Assembly (NCBI GenBank): GCA_013298625.1
Contig: JAAFIF010000032.1
Span: 17,329-81,328 of the forward strand
Origin: Myxococcales bacterium
GTDB taxonomy: Bacteria; Myxococcota_A; Polyangia; Polyangiales; Ga0077539
DNA length: 64,000 nt
Direction of reading: 5' to 3'
Under the pieces are notes generated by a model that was given only the letters and a program-made list of their open reading frames with translations, had not been told where the DNA came from and ran no database searches. How positions within the stretch are numbered: position 1 is the stretch's first letter; every line of letters begins with the position of its first letter. A program made the translations under genes and the position numbers. This document shows positions 1 through 8,128 of the stretch, one piece after another.

Positions 1-460
1 TCGCCCGCTCTTGCGCGCGGCGCTCGAACTCGCGCACCAGGGCGTCGATGTTTCCATCGCGCTCGCGGACCATGCGCAAGAGCACGACCATCGGACCGCC
101 GTCGTCCGCGGCGCCACGAAGGACGCTCTCGGTGAGCACGGCGATCATCCGCGCGCGACGGTCGTTGCTGACGGCGGTGTTGGCGCCCGCGGCGCCGTTG
201 TTCGGAGGCGTCGTCACCGTGTTGGGCCGCGTCCCGCCAGGACGCGCGCCGCCAGGACGCGTTCCGCCGGGACGCGCTCCGCTGGGGCGATTGCCGCCGG
301 GACGGCTCCCTCCGGGGCGACTGCCGCCCGGTCGCCGCGTCACCGACCACTCGTCCATGGGCTGCGCGTGCGCCTCGCGCGAGAGCGCTCCCAGCGGGTC
401 CATCACCAGCGCAAGGACCGAGGCGAGCACAGAGCAACGCAGCCAACGCTTTCGACTCAC
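1..460 (-). CDS. secreted hypothetical protein, N-terminal part only (gene runs off the window start)
   Basis: GTG at 460-458 opens a frame that is not in the ORF track because no stop falls inside the window. It reads VSRKRWLRCSVLASVLALVMDPLGALSREAHAQP (signal-like), then seven x-RPGG repeats, then ordinary-composition sequence (MIAVLTESVLRGAADDGGPMVVLLRMVRERDGNIDALVREFERRAQ). Confidence 0.55.
   Translation of the reverse strand, partial: MSRKRWLRCSVLASVLALVMDPLGALSREAHAQPMDEWSVTRRPGGSRPGGSRPGGNRPSGARPGGTRPGGARPGGTRPNTVTTPPNNGAAGANTAVSNDRRARMIAVLTESVLRGAADDGGPMVVLLRMVRERDGNIDALVREFERRAQERA
231..335 (-). repeat. seven in-frame 15-nt tandem units encoding x-RPGG pentapeptides
   Basis: Plus-strand units gtcccgccaggacgc / gcgccgccaggacgc / gttccgccgggacgc / gctccgctggggcga / ttgccgccgggacgg / ctccctccggggcga / ctgccgcccggtcgc lie back to back inside CDS 1..460. 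Confidence 0.8.
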
Positions 461-521
461 GACGGCTGAGAGTATGCGACAGACGCCCCCGTTGGTCGAA
501 GCCGCGCGATCCGGTGACGAA

Positions 522-1073
522 TCAGGGCCGCGGCTCGCAATAGCCGTTGTAGCAGCGGTCCGGCGCGCACGGCCGATCGCAGCGCCCGCAGTGCTGCGCC
601 GAACGCGTGATGTCCACGCACTCGCCCGCGCAGCGCGCTTGCCCGGCGGGGCACGGATCGCCGCTGCCGCAGTTGATGTCGTTGTCCGCGACGCCGTCGC
701 AGTCGTCGTCGAGCCCGTTGCACTTCTCGTCCTCGTCGCAGCCCGCCCACGGGGCCTGACAGAGCGTGCGCGAGCAAAACCTCGCGAGCGGACACTCGCC
801 CATCGCGTTGCAGTTGGGCGACTCTGGCGTCGAGGTCTCTCTCTGCCGCACATCGGCCAGCGCGTCTGCAGCGGCATCCCGTTCGGAGCCGCCGTCCAAC
901 GATCCGTCCCCAGCGTCGGCGCGCGCGTCCATCGACAGGACAACGTCCGCTGGCGCCAGCACGTCGCTCGCGTCGACCGCAGTCGACAACGGCTTGAGCG
1001 AGCCGATCGTCCCCTCGACCTCGCACGCGCTCGCGAGCAGCGCCAGGGTCACCGCGAGCGCCGCGCGACGCAT
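522..1073 (-). CDS. Cys-rich repeat lipoprotein
   Basis: Lies in the frame of track ORF 522..1559. I take the start at ATG 1073-1071 (MRRAALAVTLALLASAC lipobox), which overlaps the TGA of the upstream gene (ATGA). The C-terminal half has CNGLDDDCDG and HCGRCDRPC motifs typical of myxobacterial Cys-rich repeat proteins. Confidence 0.75.
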   Translation of the reverse strand: MRRAALAVTLALLASACEVEGTIGSLKPLSTAVDASDVLAPADVVLSMDARADAGDGSLDGGSERDAAADALADVRQRETSTPESPNCNAMGECPLARFCSRTLCQAPWAGCDEDEKCNGLDDDCDGVADNDINCGSGDPCPAGQARCAGECVDITRSAQHCGRCDRPCAPDRCYNGYCEPRP

Positions 1074-1780
1074 CAGCGCACCATCGCCTCGACCGCCGAG
1101 CGAAGCGCGCTCGTCGGCCATCGCGCGACGAACCGCCCCGCCGCAGCCTGCGCTGCTTCGCGCTGATCGTCCGCGAGTAACGCGCGCACACGAAGGGCCT
1201 CTCGCTCCATGGTCAACACCCCGCGAGGATACCGCCGCGCGTGCAGAGAGAGCGCAGAGAGCGCGCCGTCCGCGTCGGACGAGGCGAGCCGATCGCGGGC
1301 GCGGTCGAGCAGGCGCTGCTCGTCGGCGAGCGTGTCCGCGGGGCTCGAGACGCTCGTGACATTGGCTGTCACCGTCGATCCGTCGGCGATTTCGCTGGTG
1401 ACGGCGGCGGTTGCGCCCGAGTCTTGCTCTGCGCTCGGCGTCGCGGGCTGCTCGCGAGCGGCGAGCACCGCGGCCACGACGTCGGGCTCGGCAGCAGGGG
1501 CCTCGATGGGAGCGGTCACGCGATGGGGCTCGTCGCCCTTCGGCGCGCGGGCGAACCACAGGGCCGCGGCGAGCACCCCCGCGCCGAGCAGGGCCATCGC
1601 GAGCTTGGGCAGCGCGGCGCTCGTGGGCGACGGAGCGGCCTGAGCGCTCACCGTCGCCTGAACGCGCGCTCGGACCGCGGCCTTCACCGACGCTGGCGGG
1701 GCGTCGAGCGGTCGCGCGTCCTCGAGCATCGCGGCGATGTGCGGCGGGTACTCTTCGAGCTCGTGCATCTCGTCGGTCAT
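1073..1780 (-). CDS. putative anti-sigma factor (single-pass membrane protein)
   Basis: 235-aa ORF. Its ATG overlaps the stop of the ECF sigma gene (ATGA at 1777-1780). It has a short N-terminus, one TM segment (LAMALLGAGVLAAALWF), an Ala/Pro-rich linker and a helical C-terminus. The role is assigned from position after an ECF sigma gene only. Confidence 0.6.
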   Translation of the reverse strand: MTDEMHELEEYPPHIAAMLEDARPLDAPPASVKAAVRARVQATVSAQAAPSPTSAALPKLAMALLGAGVLAAALWFARAPKGDEPHRVTAPIEAPAAEPDVVAAVLAAREQPATPSAEQDSGATAAVTSEIADGSTVTANVTSVSSPADTLADEQRLLDRARDRLASSDADGALSALSLHARRYPRGVLTMEREALRVRALLADDQREAAQAAAGRFVARWPTSALRSAVEAMVR

Positions 1781-2400
1781 GGGCGCTCTCCTCGCTTGCG
1801 CAGCGCGCGTTCGAGCGCGCGCGTGAGGGCCTCGCGGGCGAGGCGCAGCCTCGAGTACGCGGTCTTCACTGGGATCTCGAGCTCCGTCGCGATCTCGGCC
1901 ATGGGGCGGTCCTCGAGGTCGTGGGCGATCAGCACCGCGCGCTGCCCCTCGTCCACCTTCGCGAGCGCGTCGTGGACCATGGCCCTGCGCTGCGAGCGCT
2001 CGAGGGCGACGTCTTGCGCGAGCGCTCCTGAGTCGATGTCGGGAAGCTCCGACGGGGTCTCGCGGCGGTTGTACGCGAGCGCGCGGCGATCGCTGGCCAC
2101 GCGGTAGGAGATGCCGAAGAGCCAGGGGCGCAGCGGACGCGCAGGGTCGAAGTCGCCGAGCCGCCGAAACACCACCACGAACACGTCGTGCGTCGCGTCC
2201 GGCAGCGAAGCTTCAGTGACCCCCATTCTCCTCAACGTCGTCCACACGTAGTCGAACTCCCGCTCGTACACCGCGTCGAAGCTCGGCCTCACCGGAACAG
2301 GTCCAGCGGGCTCGGGCGAAGGCTGCGCGCTCGTATCGAGCATCTCGTGTGGGGATTGGGAGGGTCCGCGCTCGATTCTCACAGAATCGACCGAGGACAC
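1777..2400 (-). CDS. ECF-type RNA polymerase sigma-70 family factor
   Basis: Region 2-like FDYVWTTLRRMGV...DATHDVFVVVFRRL and region 4 HTH RAVLIAHDLEDRPMAEIATELEIPVKTAYSRLRLAREAL. The start is ambiguous: GTG 2400 or ATG 2343. Confidence 0.88.
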   Translation of the reverse strand: MSSVDSVRIERGPSQSPHEMLDTSAQPSPEPAGPVPVRPSFDAVYEREFDYVWTTLRRMGVTEASLPDATHDVFVVVFRRLGDFDPARPLRPWLFGISYRVASDRRALAYNRRETPSELPDIDSGALAQDVALERSQRRAMVHDALAKVDEGQRAVLIAHDLEDRPMAEIATELEIPVKTAYSRLRLAREALTRALERALRKRGERP

Positions 2401-2493
2401 TTCTGCGCCATCGATCCCCCCGATGGCAAGCGCCCCGACGCTTGTCCGCGCGCGAGCGGTGGTGCTAACTGCGCGGCCGAAAGCTCAGTAGCG

Positions 2494-4167
2494 ATGGACT
2501 CTGCCCCGCGCGTCGCGCTGCATCGGGCCTTGCTCGACCGGATCAACAAGATCGCGCCGAGCAACGCGTTGCATGCGCTTCTCTTCTCCACCCTCTCGAT
2601 CGTCGTGCTGGTGATGCTCTACCGCGCGCCGATCGGGCCGGGGCAGGACTACCACTACCACGTGATGTCCGCGGCGATGAACGCGCGGCCGAGCACGGAC
2701 CCGCTGCGCGGGCTCTACCACGCGCTGCACCCGTTCGACGCCAACACGCTCGTCTACCGAGTGGCGTGGCCGTTCATCAAGCTGTTCGGCCCGGTGCGCG
2801 GGTTTCAGTGCGCCGTGGCGCTGCTGTACTACCTGGGGTTTCCTGCGGCGACCTGGTACGCGCTGCGGCGGTCGGGCCGCGCGCCGTGGGGCTCGCTGCT
2901 CGCGTTCGCGGCGATGTTCTCGCGCGGATGGGCGGTGGACGGGTTCGTGCCGTTTCTCACGTCGGCGCCGTTCATGATCGTGATGCTCGCCGAGTGGGAC
3001 GCCCTCTTCGCCTCGCGCGACGCGCGGCCCCGGCGGGTCATGATCACCGGCGCCATCGCTTCGTGCCTGCTGTTTCTGGCGCACGGTCACACCTACGCGT
3101 GGACCGCGGTCATCCTCGGGCTCTTCACCGCCTTCGCCGCCGCGCGCGAGCTGCTGCTCGAAGACGAGCGCCCCCTGCGCACACGGGCGTTGGACGCCGC
3201 CAAAATGGCAGGCCGTTCGCTCGCGATGATCGCGCCCTCGCTCGTGCTCCTCGCGACCTGGTATCGCAGGGTCGAGACCTACGCGCCGCCCGTCCCCACG
3301 CCGCCCGGCGGAGAGTGGCGCTACGCGGGGCTCAACCTCGTCTTGCGCAACGCGCTGCAAGCGATCGATCAGTACTTCACGCCGCTCGTCGACCTGCAGG
3401 ACCTGCGCTTCGTCGCCGCCTTCGCGATGATCATCGCGCTGCTGCTCTTCGTGGTCCGACGCGACAACCGCAGCTCGCAGTTCTTCGAGTGGTTCGCGCT
3501 GCTCTCGTTCGCGGTCTACCTCGTCGGACCCGCGGACATCCGCGGGCAGTCGATCGCGCCGAGGCACATGGAGTTCTTCATCTGGACGCTGCCCTTGATC
3601 GTCTGGCGCGCCAAGGACCCCACGCTGCGCGAGCCCTCGGAGAACACTCGGCTCTCCAAGGCGATCGAAGCATCGCTCATCGCCCTGGTCATGGTCTTCA
3701 GCGTCATGCGCATCAAGGCCATCGAGAAGGCCCTCGTCGGGCTCAATCAAGTCGAGCTCGGCCCGATGCTCGCGCTCGAGGCGCCCTGCAGGCGCATCCG
3801 ACGCACGCCCTACAGCTTGCTCGCGTACGTCCCCATGAACACCGCCAGCAACTACGTGCAGAGCGTGAGCATGCACCAGGCGCACGAGACCCTCGCGGCG
3901 CTCTGCGGCGTCGAGACGCCCGTGTACGACTCGCGGCTGCGCCCCCATCACTTGCTGCCCCTGCGCTATCGGCAGGCGATGCCCGCGCCCGTCGGGATCT
4001 TTCACGGCGTCGGCTATTGGTTCGTCGACGTGACCGGAATCCTCCAGGCCTACGACATGGTCCTCACCTACGACTGGACGCCCACCGCCGAGCAGCAGCC
4101 CGAGCTCGACCGCGTCGCCGTCCTCGTCGCGCGCTCGGGCCCGTACCGCTTGTACCGTCGTCGATAG
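2494..4167 (+). CDS. polytopic inner-membrane protein, function unknown
   Basis: ATG 2494 lies in the frame of track ORF 2188..4167 (MDSAPRVALHRALLD...). There are many hydrophobic segments (LLFSTLSIVVLVMLY, VALLYYLGFPAATWYAL, IASCLLFLAHGHTYAWTAVILGLF, FAMIIALLLFVV) and normal amino-acid composition. Confidence 0.7.
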   Translation: MDSAPRVALHRALLDRINKIAPSNALHALLFSTLSIVVLVMLYRAPIGPGQDYHYHVMSAAMNARPSTDPLRGLYHALHPFDANTLVYRVAWPFIKLFGPVRGFQCAVALLYYLGFPAATWYALRRSGRAPWGSLLAFAAMFSRGWAVDGFVPFLTSAPFMIVMLAEWDALFASRDARPRRVMITGAIASCLLFLAHGHTYAWTAVILGLFTAFAAARELLLEDERPLRTRALDAAKMAGRSLAMIAPSLVLLATWYRRVETYAPPVPTPPGGEWRYAGLNLVLRNALQAIDQYFTPLVDLQDLRFVAAFAMIIALLLFVVRRDNRSSQFFEWFALLSFAVYLVGPADIRGQSIAPRHMEFFIWTLPLIVWRAKDPTLREPSENTRLSKAIEASLIALVMVFSVMRIKAIEKALVGLNQVELGPMLALEAPCRRIRRTPYSLLAYVPMNTASNYVQSVSMHQAHETLAALCGVETPVYDSRLRPHHLLPLRYRQAMPAPVGIFHGVGYWFVDVTGILQAYDMVLTYDWTPTAEQQPELDRVAVLVARSGPYRLYRRR

Positions 4168-4178
4168 GCGGCGCGCCT

Positions 4179-4252
4179 CTAAACCAATACCGCGACGGTC
4201 GTCGTAGTTTTCTCTGTTCGCGGTCTTGGTTTGACTTGATTTCAACCGCGCT
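4179..4252. repeat. 74-nt structured repeat, copy 1
   Basis: ctaaaccaataccgcgacggtcgtcgtagttttctctgttcgcggtcttggtttgacttgatttcaaccgcgct. 69 of 74 nt are identical to 26302-26375. A hairpin pairs 4181-4195 (aaaccaa-t-accgcga) with 4218-4232 (tcgcggt-c-ttggttt) around a 22-nt loop. It fills almost the whole gap between two convergent genes. Confidence 0.85.
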
Positions 4253-6293
4253 ACTCGACGCGCACCTGGGGGATGCCCGCCCCGTGGATGCTGAAGGACT
4301 CGACGTTGATCCGCACGCGATCGGCCTCGACGGGCGCAGGCCACGAGAACACCTGCGGGGTGTCCGTGTTGCAGAGCGCGGTCATGTTGGCGCGGCTCGT
4401 GGCGACGACGCGAGCGCCTTGGCGCAGCTCGACAGAGACGTCGCCGGTGCAGTGAAAGGCGTTGTTGTGGACGTTCCATACGCGCACGACGCGGACGCGG
4501 CCCGCGGGGACGGCGAGCTCGAGCCAGCCGAGCTGAAGGTCAGGCAAAAACCAGTGCGAATCGAGGTCCGAGTCGAGCACGTTGCGCGCGTGGTACGGCT
4601 GCGAATGGATGCTGCTCGCCCGCACCGCAACCGCGCGATCCGCGAGGTGCCGCCCGATCGAGACCAGCATCGCCATCGCCATCACGGCGCCCGAGGCCGT
4701 CTTCACACGATCCCACCACACGCCGCGCTCGACCGCAGGTGCATCGCTCTGCGCGTCGGAGGCCGTCGACCACCGCGTGACCACGCGCGCCAACGCCCGA
4801 GCCAGCGCGTACGCGATCAGCACGAACGCCACGAGGTGAAAGCACCCGTAGTACGTCATCCCGTGCAACGAGTAGACGATCAGCGCCTGCGACGAGAGGG
4901 GCGCGGCGAACACGATCAACAGCACCCATCGCCACCGACGCATGAACGCGAAGACGATCAACGCGAGCAGCGCCGCCGGCCCCACCCACTCGCCTTCGAG
5001 CTGATAGCGCTTCGCTCCCACAGCGACGCTCACGGGCGTGGTCTTCTCCAAGATGGTCCCGACGCGCTTGGCCAAGATCGTCGCGAACCAGCGGGGGTTG
5101 CGCTTGATGTCTCCGACGACCTTGTCGCGGATCACGTCGTGGTAGCCGGGGACCTCGGCCCAGAAGATCGGGTATTTTCCTGCTGAATCGTAGGTGTCAG
5201 CGAGGTAGTTGATCGCGGTGTTCCATTGGTAGCGGTCGCCGTGGCGCGCGCGCAGGATCGGGTACGCGTAGGCGAAGGCAGCGACGTCGTTCCACTGGTA
5301 GCCGAGCGTCTTGTCGTGATCGCCGAGCCCGCAGTACAGCGCGTGCCACACCTCGTGAAACGAGCGCACCGGGCCGTTGTACGGCGTCCCGCCCACGCGC
5401 CGCATCCACGCGTTGGTCTGCTCGACGCCCCGCACGAACAGCCGGTCGTACAGCTTGTTCGTACCCGCGAAGAGCACGCCCATCAAGAGCACCATCGCCG
5501 CGCGACGACGCCAATTCACGTGGCGAAAACCAGCGTACACCAGCGAGACGCTCAGCAAGAGCATCACGGGCTCCGAGCGGATCGTGCGCACCGTCGCGAC
5601 GCCCACGCCCAGCAGCACAGCCAAGAGCCACGGGTACCACCGCGCGGGCTTCTGCTTGTCCATCAGCGGCAGGCAGAGCCCCAGCACGAGCACAAACGTC
5701 GTGATCGGCCACGAAAACACGTTCTCTTGCGCGTACGTCGCGAAGAGCTGCCACGGGTTCGAGCCGAGCACCGCGACGAACAGCGCGCCGAGCAGCGGTC
5801 GCCGCTGCCACCAGAAGCCCGCCCACAGCGCGCAGAGCGCCAGCGAAAACGCCAGCGCGTGCGCAGGAACCAAGCTCGGCAGCAGCGCCCTGCCTCGCCA
5901 CAGCCCGTCGACCCAATAGAGATACGTCCGCCCGCGATCTCCCGAGCGAAACGTGCTCCCGTCGTCCATCAACAGGTCGTTGCTCTGCTCGCGCACCTGC
6001 CGCTCGGCCTCGGCCCGCGTGTCCTCACGGATCACCGCCCGCGTCATCAGCGGAAAGATCCCCAGGTGCCGCATGAAGAAGAACGCCCGCGACTCCTGGT
6101 TGATCCCGCTCGCGGCCGTCACGCGATACTTCGCGTCGGTCTTCGCGGCGTGCGGCGCCAACGAGATCTGCCACACAACGATCAGCAGCGCCCCGAGCAG
6201 CAGCGTCAACGCCGAGCGCGCGCCAACGCCCTCGCGCGCGACCGGAGCCACGAGCATCGAAGCGAACGCGCGAAGCCGAAGCATCACACTCAT
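4251..6293 (-). CDS. polytopic membrane protein with C-terminal discoidin/F5-8 type C-like (galactose-binding-like) domain
   Basis: Track ORF 4251..6329, which starts at TTG. I prefer ATG 6293 (MSVMLRLRAFASMLVAPV). It has about 10 TM segments and a large loop. The C-terminus (SQPYHARNVLDSDLDSHWFLP...ELAVPAGRVRVVRVWNVHNNAFH...VRINVESF) resembles a discoidin-type beta sandwich. Confidence 0.7.
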   Translation of the reverse strand: MSVMLRLRAFASMLVAPVAREGVGARSALTLLLGALLIVVWQISLAPHAAKTDAKYRVTAASGINQESRAFFFMRHLGIFPLMTRAVIREDTRAEAERQVREQSNDLLMDDGSTFRSGDRGRTYLYWVDGLWRGRALLPSLVPAHALAFSLALCALWAGFWWQRRPLLGALFVAVLGSNPWQLFATYAQENVFSWPITTFVLVLGLCLPLMDKQKPARWYPWLLAVLLGVGVATVRTIRSEPVMLLLSVSLVYAGFRHVNWRRRAAMVLLMGVLFAGTNKLYDRLFVRGVEQTNAWMRRVGGTPYNGPVRSFHEVWHALYCGLGDHDKTLGYQWNDVAAFAYAYPILRARHGDRYQWNTAINYLADTYDSAGKYPIFWAEVPGYHDVIRDKVVGDIKRNPRWFATILAKRVGTILEKTTPVSVAVGAKRYQLEGEWVGPAALLALIVFAFMRRWRWVLLIVFAAPLSSQALIVYSLHGMTYYGCFHLVAFVLIAYALARALARVVTRWSTASDAQSDAPAVERGVWWDRVKTASGAVMAMAMLVSIGRHLADRAVAVRASSIHSQPYHARNVLDSDLDSHWFLPDLQLGWLELAVPAGRVRVVRVWNVHNNAFHCTGDVSVELRQGARVVATSRANMTALCNTDTPQVFSWPAPVEADRVRINVESFSIHGAGIPQVRVE

Positions 6294-6353
6294 GCCCGTT
6301 GGGTACTGCACTGCCCGCGACCGAGGCAACGACGCTCGCGCCCGCGCGGACGG

Positions 6354-7421
6354 CTACAGCCACATGCGCGCGCCGATCCAGAGGCCCGCGGCCGCGATCG
6401 GGCTGCGAAACACCAGCGCTTCGCCAGGCGCGTCGGCGCCGTCGACCACCAGCGCAGGCCGCGCGATCGCGAGGTCTCCGTCGAGCGCGAGCCGCAGCGC
6501 CCAGCGGCGCGAGAGCCCGAAATCCACGCCTGCTCGCGCGCCTGCGAGCGCCAACGGCAGCAGCGCCGCGCCGTCGACGACGTAGCCCGAGCTCCACGCG
6601 GCCAGCGCTCCGCCCGTGGCGCGCGCGCAGAAGAAGGGCGCGATCATCCCGTCGGCGAAGCGGCAGACCGACGCGCTCGCGGTCCAGATCGTCCCGTCGA
6701 TAAACGCCCTTCGCGCAGGGTCCGACGCGCGACCGGGCAAGTCCGCGCTCGACTCGAGCGCGAAGAGCCACAGGCCCCGGCGCAGCCCGACGGACAGCGA
6801 AAACGACGGCCGCGCGAGGCTCTCTCCGAGGCCCGGCGCGAGCCCGACGCGCGCGCCCATCGCGAAGGACAGCTCGGTCTCGCTCAGCGCGACGGGGCTC
6901 GGAGCGCGCCACCGCGCGTCCCACAACACCACGGAGGGCGCTCGCTCTGGGTCCGTGATCGCCAGCACATTTTCAGGTGATTCGCGAAAGCCCGGCGGCA
7001 TCGCTGGCGGCGGCTCGAGCGCGGCGGCGCGACCTTCGGGGGCGCGGCGCGCGACGCCGAGGGCGAGCTCTGGGTCGAGCGCGATGGCGACGGTGAGCGA
7101 CGCGGCGCGCACAGCGTCTTCGCAGCGACGAGCGCGCACCGACCGCGCGGCGCCGTCGATGCTGAGATCGAGCGCGAACCACCCTGCGCGGCGACGAACG
7201 GAGACAGCCACGGTGCGCGAGGCCTCGCTGTCGAACGGCTCGCGCCCGAGTCGCGCCCGCACAGCCTCGCGAAACGAGGCCTCGTCGGGGCACGCGACCG
7301 CCTCTTGCGCGCGCTGGTACGAGGCGAGCTGCGCGCGCTCTTCGGCCTGAGAATTCACTGACAAAGTGAGCACAGCGCACGACAGCGCGAGCCTCGACGA
7401 GACGGACCCTCGACGCGCCAT
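6354..7421 (-). CDS. secreted hypothetical protein
   Basis: C-terminal part of track ORF 6354..9317. ATG 7421-7419 overlaps the TGA of the upstream gene (ATGA). It has a signal peptide (MARRGSVSSRLALSCAVLTLSVNSQA) and a Gly/Ala/Leu-rich C-terminal half that could be a beta-barrel. Confidence 0.6.
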   Translation of the reverse strand: MARRGSVSSRLALSCAVLTLSVNSQAEERAQLASYQRAQEAVACPDEASFREAVRARLGREPFDSEASRTVAVSVRRRAGWFALDLSIDGAARSVRARRCEDAVRAASLTVAIALDPELALGVARRAPEGRAAALEPPPAMPPGFRESPENVLAITDPERAPSVVLWDARWRAPSPVALSETELSFAMGARVGLAPGLGESLARPSFSLSVGLRRGLWLFALESSADLPGRASDPARRAFIDGTIWTASASVCRFADGMIAPFFCARATGGALAAWSSGYVVDGAALLPLALAGARAGVDFGLSRRWALRLALDGDLAIARPALVVDGADAPGEALVFRSPIAAAGLWIGARMWL

Positions 7422-8074
7422 CAGAACACCGCGTACACGCCGTTGGGGGTGAGCCACGCGCGGGCCGAGCGCTGCTCGCGCACGCGGGGCGCGCCTTCGC
7501 GGACGGTGAACCATCCGCCGACGAGCAGCCCGACGCCGAGCACCGTGGCGATGCTTCCGCCGAGCACGGCCCAGCCGAGCTGCTGCGGATCGCCCACGGC
7601 GACGTTGACGATGATCACTCCGGGCCCGAGCAGCGAGCCTGCGCAGCCGAGGATGAACATCGCTCCGCCGAGCGCGCTGAGCCCGATGCGCTGCGGGCGA
7701 ACGAGATAGCGCGAGCCTTGCGCGCCGAGGGCGAGGTCGACGCTGAAGGGCCACGGCGTGTCGGCGTCCATCGAGAGCCGATGCAGGCCGGGGCGAAGGT
7801 AGAGCGAGCACGGCGCGCGACAGCGAACGGGGTCGCGCTCGGCGCCGAAGCGCGCAGAGAGGTCGACGCGCAGCGGCGCGACGTCGGACAAGCCGATGGC
7901 GGTCGGCGCTGCGGGCTCTGTCTGCACAGTGAGCGCGGCGCGGCCCTCGCGGGGACGCAGGACGTCTTCGACCTCGACGCGCTCTTCGGTCGGGGCGCCT
8001 TCGCTCTGCGCAGCGGCGAGGCGCGAGGCCGAAGAGAGCAGCGCAGCGAGGACGATGGGGCGGCGAGCGCGCAC
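7421..8074 (-). CDS. hypothetical membrane-anchored protein
   Basis: Track ORF 7421..8113 starts at TTG. GTG 8074 gives a cleaner signal peptide (VRARRPIVLAALLSSASRLAAAQ). There are two C-terminal TM segments (LSALGGAMFILGCAGSLLGPGVIIV, AVLGGSIATVLGVGLLVGGWF). Confidence 0.6.
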   Translation of the reverse strand: MRARRPIVLAALLSSASRLAAAQSEGAPTEERVEVEDVLRPREGRAALTVQTEPAAPTAIGLSDVAPLRVDLSARFGAERDPVRCRAPCSLYLRPGLHRLSMDADTPWPFSVDLALGAQGSRYLVRPQRIGLSALGGAMFILGCAGSLLGPGVIIVNVAVGDPQQLGWAVLGGSIATVLGVGLLVGGWFTVREGAPRVREQRSARAWLTPNGVYAVF

Positions 8075-8128
8075 GGTGCGGCAGAGGTTCGGCCAGCGAC
8101 CGCGATGGCGCAAGTGCGATGCGCTCGT

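Noticed and set aside
48-1166. Long plus-strand ORFs (48..1166 and 11..469), rich in Arg/Pro/Ala, across the first kilobase.
   Set aside because: Their composition is typical of out-of-frame or antisense translation of 70%-GC DNA. The opposite strand gives proteins with signal peptides, lipoboxes and recognisable motifs.
4179-4252. The 74-nt repeat as a tRNA or an intrinsic terminator.
   Set aside because: At 74 nt it has tRNA length, but it shows no acceptor-stem pairing, no GTTCRANYC T-loop and no cloverleaf on either strand. No U-run follows the stem on either strand.
2485-5186. ORFs 2485..4479 (-, 664 aa) and 2766..5186 (+, 806 aa).
   Set aside because: They have extreme Arg/Gly/Asp/His content and no motifs. 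They overlap two convincing membrane-protein genes and span the 74-nt intergenic repeat.
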